Translations under genes and position numbers: made by a program | From: Acidimicrobiia bacterium | GTDB taxonomy: Bacteria; Actinomycetota; Acidimicrobiia; Acidimicrobiales; Ilumatobacteraceae | Reading direction: 5' to 3' | Assembly (NCBI GenBank): GCA_009923785.1 | Contig: RFSV01000003.1 | Coordinates: 2,534 to 66,533 of the forward strand | DNA: 64,000 nt | Notes under the pieces: model-generated | What the model was told of the DNA's origin: nothing | Seen by the model: only the letters and a program-made list of their open reading frames with translations | Databases searched by the model: none | Shown here: in pieces, positions 27,434 to 35,800 of the stretch | How the letters are laid out: the number at the start of each line of letters is the position of its first letter | Numbering within the stretch: position 1 is the stretch's first letter

Positions 27434-29365
27434 ATGACCACTCCCGAGCCGCACGACTCGACAACCGACTTGTTGGACGACGTGCTCTCGGGTCTCGACG
27501 AGATGCAGACGAGAGCCGTCACATCACCGGCTCCGCTCCTCGCGATCGTCGCCGGAGCCGGGTCGGGCAAGACATCGGTCCTCACTCGTCGGGTGGCTCA
27601 TCGTGCATTGCGAGGGGAATCCGATGCGCGGCACTCCGTCGTCTTGACGTTCACTCGCCAGGCGTCCTTCGAACTCAAACGTCGACTACGTGGATTCGGC
27701 CTCGACGAACCTCCGACTGCCGGCACCTTCCATGCGATTTCTCTCGCACTCCTTCGGCAGAAATGGGACGACGAAGGTCGACGACATCCCACCGTGATCT
27801 CGGATCGAACACGATTGGTCGCCGAGGTTCTCGGCGAGAAGAGGCGAGGACGACTCCACGATCTCGTCGCCGAGATCGACTGGGCCCGAGCTCGCCGGCT
27901 CTCACCCGACGAAATCTCGTCGGCGGTCAAGAATGCCGGACGGCCGAGCGTTGGACGGGACGTCGCCAAGGTGATGTCCGACGTGGCGGCCCTGAAGCGG
28001 AAGCGGGGTGTCATCGACCTCGACGATCTGCTCGACCTCGTGATCTCGAGCATGGACGACCCGACCTTCGCGGCTGCGACTCGATGGCGTTTCCGGCATT
28101 TCTACGTCGACGAGGCACAGGACCTCAATCCGTTGCAATACATGGTGCTCACGTCACTCCTCGGCGATCGCACCGACCTGACTCTCGTCGGCGATCCGGC
28201 CCAGGCCATCTACGGCTTCAACGGTTCGGATCCCCGTTTCCTCTCCGAGGTCGAGAAGTACTTCCCTGGTGTCGAGATCATTCGACTCGACACGAACTAC
28301 CGCTGCACTCCCGAAATCGTGGCGACGGGATTACGTATCCTCACCGACGACCCGTCTCCCACGCCGTCGTTGAAATCATCACGTCCGTCGGGCATTGCTC
28401 CGACGGCCTACACGTTCGACGACGAAGAGACCGAAGCCGCTGGAATCGCCCAACTCATCGCCGACGCGAAACCGGTCTTCGCCCGATGGCGTGACCTCGC
28501 AGTTCTGGCCCGTACCAATGCCCAACTCAACCTCGTACACGAGGCACTCACCAATGTCGGCATTCCGTCGATGTTGAGTGGAGTAGCCGCCGATCCGGTG
28601 CAGCAGGCCGTTCGAGCCGCCGGCGAGCAGTCGTCTCGATCGCGACTCGCAATGTGGAGCCATGATGCGCGCCAACCCGACTCCGAACTCGACGACTCCG
28701 CCATCGAGGCTCGGCGTCGGGTGGCTGATGCCGTCGACGAATTCCTGGCCGACGGCGGTCGCGATGGTCTTGGTTTCATGGCGTGGGTCAGGACGAATCG
28801 ACCTTTCCAAGCCGACCAAACCAGCGACGGTGTCGAACTCCTCACTTTCCACGCCGCCAAAGGACGCGAATGGTTCGGGGTCGTGGTGGCTGGTTGTGAC
28901 GTCGGACTGGTTCCGCATTCATCGGCCCGCACCCGGGACGCTCTCGCCGAAGAGACCCGTCTCGCTTACGTCGCCGTCACTCGGGCATCGGATCGATTGA
29001 TACTGACGACGGCCCGCCGACGCCGCGGTCACGACGTAGGACCATCCGCCTTCCTGTCGGATCTTCCGACCGCTCCGCCTCCCGCTCCCCCGAGTGACGA
29101 CTTTCTGGAGGGACAACGACATCGTCGCGAACACGTCGACTCGACCGGTGACCCTCTTCTCGACGCGCTCGTCGAATGGAGAAGCCGAACGGCGCGCGTG
29201 TCGGGGGTGTCCCCCACTCTCATCTGCTCGGATCGAACCCTCGCCGACATCGCTCGCCGACGTCCCGACAACGTGGACGACTTGGCCGCAGTGCCCGGGG
29301 TCGGAGCGGTCATGGCGCGCCGAGTGGGTGACCGCCTCCTCGCCGTGATCGCCTCGACGGAGTGA
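27434..29365 (+). CDS. UvrD/PcrA-family SF1 DNA helicase with C-terminal HRDC domain (UvrD2-like)
   Basis: 643 aa. AGAGSGKTSVLTRR (Walker A), FYVDEAQDLNPLQ (motif II), VGDPAQAIYGFNG, TNYRC, LTFHAAKGREW, YVAVTRA. C-terminal LLDALVEWRSRTARVSGVSPTLICSDRTLADIARRRPDNVDDLAAVPGVGAVMARRVGDRLLAVI is HRDC-like. Confidence 0.85.
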   Translation: MTTPEPHDSTTDLLDDVLSGLDEMQTRAVTSPAPLLAIVAGAGSGKTSVLTRRVAHRALRGESDARHSVVLTFTRQASFELKRRLRGFGLDEPPTAGTFHAISLALLRQKWDDEGRRHPTVISDRTRLVAEVLGEKRRGRLHDLVAEIDWARARRLSPDEISSAVKNAGRPSVGRDVAKVMSDVAALKRKRGVIDLDDLLDLVISSMDDPTFAAATRWRFRHFYVDEAQDLNPLQYMVLTSLLGDRTDLTLVGDPAQAIYGFNGSDPRFLSEVEKYFPGVEIIRLDTNYRCTPEIVATGLRILTDDPSPTPSLKSSRPSGIAPTAYTFDDEETEAAGIAQLIADAKPVFARWRDLAVLARTNAQLNLVHEALTNVGIPSMLSGVAADPVQQAVRAAGEQSSRSRLAMWSHDARQPDSELDDSAIEARRRVADAVDEFLADGGRDGLGFMAWVRTNRPFQADQTSDGVELLTFHAAKGREWFGVVVAGCDVGLVPHSSARTRDALAEETRLAYVAVTRASDRLILTTARRRRGHDVGPSAFLSDLPTAPPPAPPSDDFLEGQRHRREHVDSTGDPLLDALVEWRSRTARVSGVSPTLICSDRTLADIARRRPDNVDDLAAVPGVGAVMARRVGDRLLAVIASTE

Positions 29366-30115
29366 TCAGGCCTGCGATCGACTCTGGTGCTCGTCGCGCA
29401 GCTGGTCGAGTGCCCCGAAACGCTCGGGGCGAACCGAGATGAACAGACCCTTGGCCTCGGCGCAGAGCCGATCTCCAGCGTGGATCGTTCCAGTCGTGAA
29501 GATCTTTCGCCCGTCGACGCGATCGAAACGACCGACAACTCGCAACGGCGTGTGGAGCGGAGTCGGCGAGCGGTAGGTGACCTCGAGTTTTCCGGTCATT
29601 CCCGGTGCTCCCGACAGTGCTTGAGCGAATCCGAGAACCTCGTCGAAAATGGCGGCGATCAGCCCACCATGCACGTGTCCGGGTGGGCCTTCGTACGCGT
29701 CACCGAACGTCACGTCGGCCACGACCTCGGTGTCGGTCGACGACAGGGTCACGATCGACGCCACTGCGTTCAACGGTCCGGTCACCGGACTGTGGCTCGT
29801 GAAACCGTGAGGAACCCCGCCCACCGACCCTTCGGCCGACCCGTGATAGCCACGGCCGTGTGGACCCGGCTCGAGAAGGCGGACCGCCTGATCGATGAGA
29901 TCGGCCGCGCGAGCCATCACGTCGTCGTTCGCCGTGGAGGTGGCGGAATGTTGCAACATCTGTCGAAGTCCGTCGGCCAGCCGCACCTTTCCTGCCGACG
30001 ACTCGTAGAGCGAATCGCGGTTCTCGGGAATCTCGAGAAGCGCTCGCCTGATGGTCTCTCCCCGTTCGTTCACCGAAGCGGAGTCGTTCGTGGAATCGTC
30101 AGTCATCGATGTCAA
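29366..30115 (-). CDS. PaaI-family (hotdog-fold) thioesterase with extended N-terminal region
   Basis: 249 aa. GPPGHVHGGLIAAIFDEVLG (PaaI/4HBT-type motif) followed by hotdog beta strands (GKLEVTYRSPTP...RVVGR...GRKIFTTGTI). Its stop abuts the convergent helicase stop (TGATCA). Confidence 0.75.
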   Translation of the reverse strand: MTSMTDDSTNDSASVNERGETIRRALLEIPENRDSLYESSAGKVRLADGLRQMLQHSATSTANDDVMARAADLIDQAVRLLEPGPHGRGYHGSAEGSVGGVPHGFTSHSPVTGPLNAVASIVTLSSTDTEVVADVTFGDAYEGPPGHVHGGLIAAIFDEVLGFAQALSGAPGMTGKLEVTYRSPTPLHTPLRVVGRFDRVDGRKIFTTGTIHAGDRLCAEAKGLFISVRPERFGALDQLRDEHQSRSQA

Positions 30116-30872
30116 CCAGTACCGGAGCGTGGTCGCTCGGTTGCTGCCCCTTACGGGCGTTGCGGTCGACGATAGTCCAACGCGATCTTCGAGCGACTGC
30201 CTCGGTCGCGAGGATCAGGTCGATGCGAAGGCCACGTCCCTGATGGAAGTCTCCCGATCGATAGTCCCACCACGAATAGAGACCTCCCTCGTCGTGGTGA
30301 CGGCGAAAGACGTCGACGAGACCCCACGTCTCGAGTTCGCCCAGGGAATCACGCTCGGGTTGGCTCACATGTGTCGCTCCGACGAAACGTGCCGGGTCGT
30401 ACACGTCGCGATCGTCCGGGGCGATGTTGAAGTCACCAGTCACGATCACCGATGAATCGGCGGATTCGTTGGCCCGTAGGTGAGCGAGGAGCCGCTTCAT
30501 CCAGGCCAACTTGTAGACGTAGTGATCATTGTCGAGCGACCGGCCGTTCGGCACGTACACCGAACTCACGCGTATCCCCCCGCATGTGGCCGTGACGAGA
30601 CGAGCCTCCGGATCGGGATCGCCTCCGTCGGCGAAACCTCGCACGACATCGACCAGTCCGACTCGCGACACGATGGCGACCCCGTTCCATTGACCCTGGC
30701 CGTGGTGGACGCACTCGTACCCCAACTGCTCGAAGGCCAGATGGGGAAACGCATCCTCGGCCAACTTCGTCTCCTGAAGACACAGAACGTCGGGACGAAC
30801 GTCGTTGATCCATTCCTCGACTCGCGGCAGACGGGCCCGCAACGAGTTGACGTTCCACGTGGCGAGCCTCAT
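30099..30872 (-). CDS. xthA: Exodeoxyribonuclease III
   Basis: 257 aa: MRLATWNVNSLRARL, CLQETK, GDFNIAP, WWDYR, RIDLILA, SDHAPV (the EEP/ExoIII catalytic set). Its ATG overlaps the upstream stop (ATGA 30869-30872). Confidence 0.9.
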   Translation of the reverse strand: MRLATWNVNSLRARLPRVEEWINDVRPDVLCLQETKLAEDAFPHLAFEQLGYECVHHGQGQWNGVAIVSRVGLVDVVRGFADGGDPDPEARLVTATCGGIRVSSVYVPNGRSLDNDHYVYKLAWMKRLLAHLRANESADSSVIVTGDFNIAPDDRDVYDPARFVGATHVSQPERDSLGELETWGLVDVFRRHHDEGGLYSWWDYRSGDFHQGRGLRIDLILATEAVARRSRWTIVDRNARKGQQPSDHAPVLVDIDD

Positions 30873-32110
30873 CGACGCCCTGAACCGGTAGTTGCTTTCT
30901 TGGTCGGAGTCTTCGTCACCGACTTCTTCTCACCGGCCTTCTTCGGCACGGCTTTCTTCGGTGCGACCTTCTTCGGCGCGGCCTTCGTCGCTGCAGCTTT
31001 CTTCGGTGCAGCTTTCTTCGGTGCGGCTTTCTTCACCGTGGCCTTCTTCGGTGCCGATTTTTTGGTGGCGGCCTTCTTCTCGGCAGTTTTCTTCGGTGCG
31101 GCCGTGGAGACAGTGGCCTTCTTCGGTGCCGACTTCTTCGGCGAGGCCTTCTTCTCACCGGCCTTGGCGGGCACTGTCTTGTCGTCGGAAGTCTTCTTCG
31201 CGTTCTCGGCCTTCGGAGCACTCGGCTTCAAATCGATACTTCGTCGCGAAGCGACCACCGAGACGACTTCCAATGAGACGTGATCGCCGATCGCCATGAC
31301 GTCTCGGGCTGAACGAGGCGGCGGATCGCTGATCATACGCAGGGGCACATACCCCCGGACGTCGCCGATCTGCACGTAGGCGCCGTGCGAGGAATAGCTC
31401 TCGACACGACCTTTGACCGACGATCCGACCGGATGCTTCTCGAGGAACGACAGGAAGGGAAGCACGTCGTTGACGGCTTTCGACGAATTCGACGGCACCG
31501 CCGCCTTGGCCGCCTTGACCACGTCCTTGTCGATGGCCTTCGCCGAATTCCTGGTCGGCTCTTTCGACGCACTCGATTTACTCGGCTTCTTCTTGGCCGT
31601 GCCGGGTGGCGGCGACTTCGGGACTGGCATCGGCTTCATGGCCTCCGCGCTCACCTTCGGCGTCGCCTTTTGCACACTGCGCCGACTCTTCTCGCCGCGC
31701 ACTGGAGTGCGCGTGACGAACACCCACCCGACATGAGGCACCGGTTTGCCACCGATCAATCGACCTTCGTGAAAGAGCCATGGGTACTGCCCGTGGAACT
31801 CTTGATAGCTGTCGTTCGACAGGATGCTGGCACCGACCTTCTGAGCGATCATGAGCACGAAGGCATCCCCGCGCCCGACGGTGCCGGCCGGTGGCGCCAC
31901 CAATTCGTTGTTGGCGATTCCTTCGTCGAACTCGGCGACTTCCTTGCGGTCGATCCGATGGCCGAACGTCGCATCCACCACCACGGTGATGATGTCTTTC
32001 GGGTTCTCGGCCATGAAGGCCACGACGGCGTCGTTCAACTGCTTCAGGCTCGGTTTCGACCGTCCTTCAGTGGCGATATTCGAACCGTCGACGATCACGT
32101 GGCGAGCCAT
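30869..32110 (-). CDS. Fusion protein: N-terminal NYN/Zc3h12a-like RNase domain, S1-like OB domain, and Lys/Ala/Pro-rich histone-H1-like C-terminal tail
   Basis: 413 aa. aa 1-135: HVIVDGSNIATEG...VVVDATF...GRGDAFVL...ILSNDSYQEF (NYN-type acidic residues). aa 226-294: HPVGSSVKGRVESYSSHGAYVQIGDVRGYVPLRMIS...IGDHVSLEVVSVVASRRSIDL (S1-like). aa 295-413: about 10 copies of (A/S/V)APKKA. Confidence 0.7.
   Translation of the reverse strand: MARHVIVDGSNIATEGRSKPSLKQLNDAVVAFMAENPKDIITVVVDATFGHRIDRKEVAEFDEGIANNELVAPPAGTVGRGDAFVLMIAQKVGASILSNDSYQEFHGQYPWLFHEGRLIGGKPVPHVGWVFVTRTPVRGEKSRRSVQKATPKVSAEAMKPMPVPKSPPPGTAKKKPSKSSASKEPTRNSAKAIDKDVVKAAKAAVPSNSSKAVNDVLPFLSFLEKHPVGSSVKGRVESYSSHGAYVQIGDVRGYVPLRMISDPPPRSARDVMAIGDHVSLEVVSVVASRRSIDLKPSAPKAENAKKTSDDKTVPAKAGEKKASPKKSAPKKATVSTAAPKKTAEKKAATKKSAPKKATVKKAAPKKAAPKKAAATKAAPKKVAPKKAVPKKAGEKKSVTKTPTKKATTGSGRR
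30872..31228. repeat. Low-complexity, roughly 15-nt-periodic coding repeat (encodes the AAPKK tail)
   Basis: + strand reads ...ggccttcttcggcacggctttcttcggtgcgaccttcttcggcgcggcc...gctttcttcggtgcagctttcttcggtgcggctttcttc.... In frame with the minus-strand CDS, with no spacers. Confidence 0.75.
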
Positions 32111-32132
32111 GGCGTCTAGTCAACCACTGGTC

Positions 32133-32166
32133 GCCCGATCGGCACGTCATCGCCCTACGATCGGGC
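32133..32166. repeat. 9-bp inverted repeat (gcccgatcg N16 cgatcgggc) immediately upstream of the HAD hydrolase start
   Basis: Arms at 32133-32141 and 32158-32166. The right arm ends 1 nt before GTG 32168. Lies in the 57-nt divergent intergenic region. Function unknown. Confidence 0.5.
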
Positions 32167-32167
32167 T

Positions 32168-32863
32168 GTGACCCTTGAGCCAGCCGCCGATCGAGCCTCG
32201 AATCCTGCATTCCGGGCCGTGCTGTGGGACTTCGGCGGGGTGATCCTCTCGAGCCCCTTCGAGGCTTTCAACCACTACGAGGAGGTTCGAGGACTCCCGA
32301 CCAACCTCATCCGATCGATCAACGCGACCGATCCCGACACCAACGCCTGGGCCCGCTTCGAAAGAAGCGAGATCACCGCCCAGGAGTTCGACACGGCATT
32401 CGCCGACGAGGCCCGTTCTCTCGGTTTCGAGATCAGGGGCGCTGACGTGCTGTCACTGCTCCGTGGAGAGATCCGCTCCGAAATGGTCGCCGCACTCGAC
32501 ATCGTCCGTACGCGTGGCTTCCTGACGGCCTGCCTCACGAACAACATGTCGGGAGGAGACGGTCGACGGGAGGCTCCGATCACCGATCGCGACACCGCGA
32601 TCGAAGCCGTCATGCAGCGTTTCGATGCCGTGATCGAAAGTTCGAAGGTCGGCGTTCGAAAACCCGAGGTCCGCTTCTACGAAATCGCCTGCGAGACACT
32701 TGGCGTCGAACCCGCCCAGTGCGTGTTCCTCGACGACCTCGGCGTCAATCTGAAGCCGGCTGCGGCCATGGGGATGACCACCATCAAGGTGTTGTCGGCC
32801 GAGCAAGCACTCTGCGACTTGGAGTCGGCACTCGGCTTCGGCCTGCGATCGTCGAACGACTGA
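32168..32863 (+). CDS. HAD-superfamily hydrolase (subfamily IA, epoxide-hydrolase-N-terminal-like phosphatase)
   Basis: 231 aa. VLWDFGGVI (motif I D-x-G/D), LTNN (motif II), KVGVRKPE (motif III Lys), FLDDLGVN (motif IV). Confidence 0.8.
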   Translation: MTLEPAADRASNPAFRAVLWDFGGVILSSPFEAFNHYEEVRGLPTNLIRSINATDPDTNAWARFERSEITAQEFDTAFADEARSLGFEIRGADVLSLLRGEIRSEMVAALDIVRTRGFLTACLTNNMSGGDGRREAPITDRDTAIEAVMQRFDAVIESSKVGVRKPEVRFYEIACETLGVEPAQCVFLDDLGVNLKPAAAMGMTTIKVLSAEQALCDLESALGFGLRSSND

Positions 32864-35800
32864 TCAGAGCCCGGCGAAGGTCTCGTCCATGAGATCGGCC
32901 AACTCCTGCTGGTGCACGGTCATCGACCCTGTCGCCGGGCTTCCACTCGCCACGCGCGCCACGTGTCGCAGGTCGTATCCCTGTTCTTTCACCCGCCACA
33001 CTCGGTGCTCGACGAAGTGCCAAGGGCCCATGTTGCTCGGCTCTTCTTGCAACCAAACCACTTCCCGAGCATTCGGGTAGCGACTGAGCAGGTTGAACAT
33101 CTGCTCGATCGGGAACGGGTACAACTGCTCGACGCGAACGACAGCAACGGGAGCATTCCGCTTGTCTCGCTCCGACATGGCGTCCCACGCCACCTTTCCC
33201 GAGCAGAACACGATGCGCTTCACGGCCGCCGGGTCGGCCACGAAGGGATCGTCGAGAACTTCCTGGAACGAACCGTGTTCGAGAGCCGACAACGGCGAAC
33301 GGCTCTCTTTCATTCTCAACGGCTGTTTCGGCGTGAAAATCACCAGCGGCTTGCGAACCTCACGATGCATCTGACGCCGCAGAACATGGAAGTACTGGGC
33401 CGCCGTGGTCGCATTGACGACTTGGATGTTGTCCTCGGCGCACAGTGTGAGGAACCTCTCGATGCGGGCCGAGCTGTGTTCGGGCCCCTGGCCCTCGTAG
33501 CCGTGCGGCAACAACATCACGAGACCGTTGCGCTGCGCCCACTTGTCTTCGGCGGCCACGATGTACTGGTCGATGATGATCTGAGCGCCGTTCACGAAGT
33601 CGCCGAACTGAGCCTCCCAGAGAACCAGTGCTTCGGGGTTCGAATGTGCGTAGCCGTACTCGAACCCAACCGCGGCATATTCGCTCAAGAGTGAGTCGTA
33701 GACCCAGAACTTCTGAGCCCCTTCGAGTTCGGCCAGGGGGATCCAGACACGTTCGTTCTCGTTGTCGACGAGCGCCGCGTGTCGATGGCTGAAGGTGCCA
33801 CGTCGCGAATCCTCTCCGGCAAGGCGGACCGGGTAGCCCTCGACCACCAGAGACCCGATCGCCAACGCTTCACCCGTGGCCCATTCGACCTCACCTTGTT
33901 CGTAGAGCTTCGAACGAGCCTCGAATTGACGGGCCAATTTGGGGTGGGGCGTGAAGTCGTCGGGGTAATCGGTCAATTGCCGGAAGACACGGTCGAGGAC
34001 GGCACGGGAGGCTCCGGTCTCGACGTGGGGCAGAACACCCACCGGACGCGGGGGTTTGGCCACCTTGGTGGGAGCCGGCGCTTGGGCGCGCGTCTCGTCG
34101 AGAGCGACTTGCAACTTGCTCTGGAAATCGTCGAGTGCCTGTTCGGCCTCGTCGAGGGTGATGTCTCCACGTCCGACCAGTGTCTCGACGTAGAGCTTGC
34201 GCACGCTGCGCTTCTCGGCGATCGCTTTGTACATGAGGGGCTGCGTGTAACTCGGATCGTCGCCCTCGTTGTGACCGTGGCGCCGATAGCACACCATGTC
34301 GATGACGACGTCTTTGTGGAATCGCTGGCGGTACTCGAATGCCAGACGAGCGACGCGGAGACAGGCTTCGGGATCGTCGCCATTCACATGGAAAATCGGC
34401 GCCTGAACGGTCTTTGCAACGTCGCTGCAGTAGATCGACGACCGGGCGAACTGTGGCGCCGTGGTGAAGCCGATCTGGTTGTTGATGATGAGATGGATGG
34501 TGCCACCTACGCGGTAGCCCATGATGTCGCTCATGGCCAGACACTCGACGACCACACCTTGACCGGCGAACGCTGCGTCACCATGGATGAGGATCGGTAG
34601 CGACGGGAAAGACCCGGGCGGATCGATCTGATCTTGATGAGCGCGAGCCATACCGAGCACGATCGGGTCGACCGTCTCGAGATGGCTCGGATTGGATGCC
34701 AGTTCGATCTTGATCTGGTTGCCACGAGGGCTGCTATGACTGCCCGAGGCACCGAGGTGGTACTTCACGTCGCCCGATCCCTGCACGGTGTTCGGATCGA
34801 CGTGACCTTCGAACGCCTTGAAGAGCGAGCCCAGACTCTTGCCCATCACGTTGGCCAGAACGTTGAGGCGGCCACGGTGCGCCATGCCGAGCACCGAAGA
34901 GTCGAGCCCGTCGTCGGCGGCGAGCGACAAGATCTCGTCGAGAATCGGGATCGCGCTCTCCGCTCCTTCGAGACCGAATCTCTTGGTGCCGACGTACTTC
35001 GTGGCGAGGAACTTCTCGAAGGCCTCGGCGGCGTTCAGACGCTCGAGAACTCGATATTTCTCGTCTTTCGACAACTGGAACTCGACACCTTCGAAGTGCG
35101 ATTGAATCCAACGCTGCTCTTCGGTGTCCTGGATGTGCATGTACTCGACGCCGATCGTGCGGCAGTACGCATCGCGCAGCACTCCGAGAAGATCGCCGAG
35201 CGTCATCTTGGAAACACCAGCGACTCCACCGGTGAGAAATTCGCGTTCGAGATCCCAGATGGTCAATCCGTAGGTGGCCGGGTCGAGTTCGACCGGCATC
35301 TTCGGCTCTTTCCAACGCAGCGGGTCGATGTCGGCGATGAGATGACCACGCACACGATGCACGCGAATCAAGGTGGCCACCTGCATCTGCTTGTCGAGCA
35401 TCGACTCCTCGCTGTCGAGCGAGGTGTGGTCGGTGCGCCACTTGACGGCTTCGTACGGGACTCCGAGGCTTGCGAAGACCGACCGGTAGAAATCGTGTTC
35501 GCCGAGAAGCAATTCGTGGACGTGCTTCAAGAAGAGTCCGCTCTCGGCGCCCTGGATGATGCGATGGTCGTAGGTGCTGGTGACGGTGACGACCTTGGAG
35601 ATACCGAGGGTCCCAAGAGTGTGCTCGTCGGCACCTTGGAATTCGGCCGGGTAGTCGATGGACCCGACACCGACGATTACGCCTTGTCCCGGCATGAGTC
35701 GCGGCACGCTCTGGACGGTTCCGATGGTTCCCGGATTGGTGAGACTGATCGTGGCCCCTTGGAAATCGGACACCTGCAACTTGTTCTGCTTCACCTTGCG

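Noticed and set aside
26761-29365. UvrD-family helicase plus a small SHOCT/PH membrane protein considered as a possible anti-phage defence pair (Gabija-like or similar)
   Set aside because: The helicase carries an HRDC domain and the overall layout of housekeeping UvrD2. There is no associated nuclease/OLD/ATPase partner, and no flanking mobile-element or defence genes.
30872-31228. Periodic DNA repeat (ggccttcttcggtgc-like units) considered as a CRISPR array, satellite or mobile-element remnant
   Set aside because: The period is about 15 nt with no unique spacers. It is entirely in frame within a CDS, where it encodes AAPKK repeats. No cas or transposase genes are nearby.
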